A stretch of DNA of 64,000 bases from Cenococcum geophilum. Taxonomy: Eukaryota. The stretch spans positions 1,550,001 to 1,614,000 of the forward strand of contig CP158635.1 in assembly GCA_050273025.1 (NCBI GenBank), given 5' to 3'. Shown here one piece after another: positions 62,801-64,000 of the stretch. The position numbers and the translations under genes were made by a program. The notes beneath the pieces are model-generated. The model made no database searches, had not been told where the DNA came from, and saw only the letters and a program-made list of their open reading frames with translations. Positions within the stretch are counted from its first letter, which is position 1. The number at the start of each line of letters is the position of its first letter.

Positions 62801-64000
62801 AGGTAGGGCGCCTAGTAGAAGACCTATACTTACTACCCCTATAAAGAGTAGGGGAATTATAGGCCACTAATAGCAACGATAAGAAGGTAAAGATCCTTAT
62901 AGAAAGGTTCTTCCCCTAACTAGCTCTAGTAGACCTTAGTAATATTATAGGTAAAACACTGGTGACTCGCCTAAGGGTTAACAGCGATATAATAATAGAG
63001 GAAATGGCCAGAACTATTAGCCGCCTTTTAAATAATATATTACTAGGACTAGATGGGATTCTAAATAAGGCCTTAAAAATATATGGACTACTTATAGCAC
63101 CTTAGCTTGCAGATATAGCTAGGGCATGCTTTGCTATAGGCTACTACCCGTAACTTAGAAGAGCTATAACGACGGTTATTCTACGGAAAGAAGGTAAAGT
63201 AGATTACTTAATCCTAGGAAGCTACCGCCCTATTGCCTTAAAAAACACCCTTAGTAAGATCTTAGAAAAGGTAATAGCAGACCATATAGTAGATACGGCT
63301 AAGAAATATAACCTACTACTATAAAGCTAAATGGGGGCAAGAAAGAACCGCTTAATACTATTAGCACTTATGCTACTTGCTACCACCATTAAATCCGCAT
63401 AGGCGATGCGAAGGGACTTTATAGTATTAATGCTTAGCCTAGATATTAGCGGCGCCTATAATAATATACCCTATAAGCGTCTCCTATATATCTTTAGGGT
63501 AAAAGGCTTTTTAGAATAGATTATATAATTTATTTAAAGGTTTATAGGTTAGAAAGAAATATTATTAGTCTTTAGTGGATACTAGAGCCCCCCTATTACA
63601 GTTATAACAGGAATACTATAAGGATTACCCCTCTCGCCTATACTCTTCCTTTTCTTTATAAGTAACCTGCTTAACTTCTTTAAGGAAGGGGTAACCTAAG
63701 GGATAGGCTTTGTTAATAATATAAACCTAATTATATACAGGCTAATAGCCGCAGAAAATTGCAGAATACTAGAGAAAGCTTATAACACCTATATAGAATA
63801 GGCAAGACGATATAGAGTCTAATTCTCACTAGAGAAATACTAGCTAATCTACTTTATAAGAAAACGTAACTAATCTATAGATCTTTAGCATATAATCCGC
63901 ATTTAAGGCTTTAGGGGTTAACTAGTTTAGGGTCTAAGGGTATTAGGAGTATAGGTAAATAGTAAGCTCCGGTGAAGCGTATATGCGGCGTAAGCAGCCT
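59809..64000 (+). mobile_element. Tad1-like LINE H2 (same family as H1), runs off window end
   Basis: Collinear with 38767-~42960; starts ggagctctt..cacccggcctaaaaagacc; APE and RT motifs present. Confidence 0.93.

Larger units (their letters stand above)
51727..64000 (+). mobile_element. Ty3/gypsy F (family E), 5' part; interrupted by copia G and LINE H2; continues beyond window
   Basis: 305-bp LTR at 51727-52031 is the reverse complement of E's LTRs; gag/protease 52062-53636 and 59723-59808 are collinear with E. Confidence 0.9.

Overview
Heterochromatin-like window from a RIP-competent filamentous ascomycete. TpA is strongly enriched and stop codons derive from CAA/CAG/TGG. No intact gene is visible; the window is a stack of nested transposon relics whose junctions resolve through target-site duplications (TSDs). 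An old Ty3/gypsy (J) is split by gypsy D, gypsy E and E's sister copy F. D contains gypsy A and, in its LTR, gypsy C. A contains gypsy B (same family as C). E contains a Tad1-like LINE holding a lightly RIPed copia (I), and F contains copia G and a second LINE. The most unusual signal is a putative DNA-transposon family ending ...TTTTCCTGATG followed by TA. A complete 2.5-kb repeat-built copy (18841-21350) has a TA TSD confirmed against an empty site. The end of a much larger relative (<1-6319) shares that terminus and a 12-bp subterminal array, and carries RIP-inactivated cargo: an FHA-Ser/Thr kinase-2xMyb/SANT gene and a chromodomain gene. Two gypsy families carry spliced antisense Cys6-motif genes, and an unrelated gypsy and copia share a 43-bp hairpin. 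Protein readings are manual translations with RIP reversal inferred; no database searches were run.
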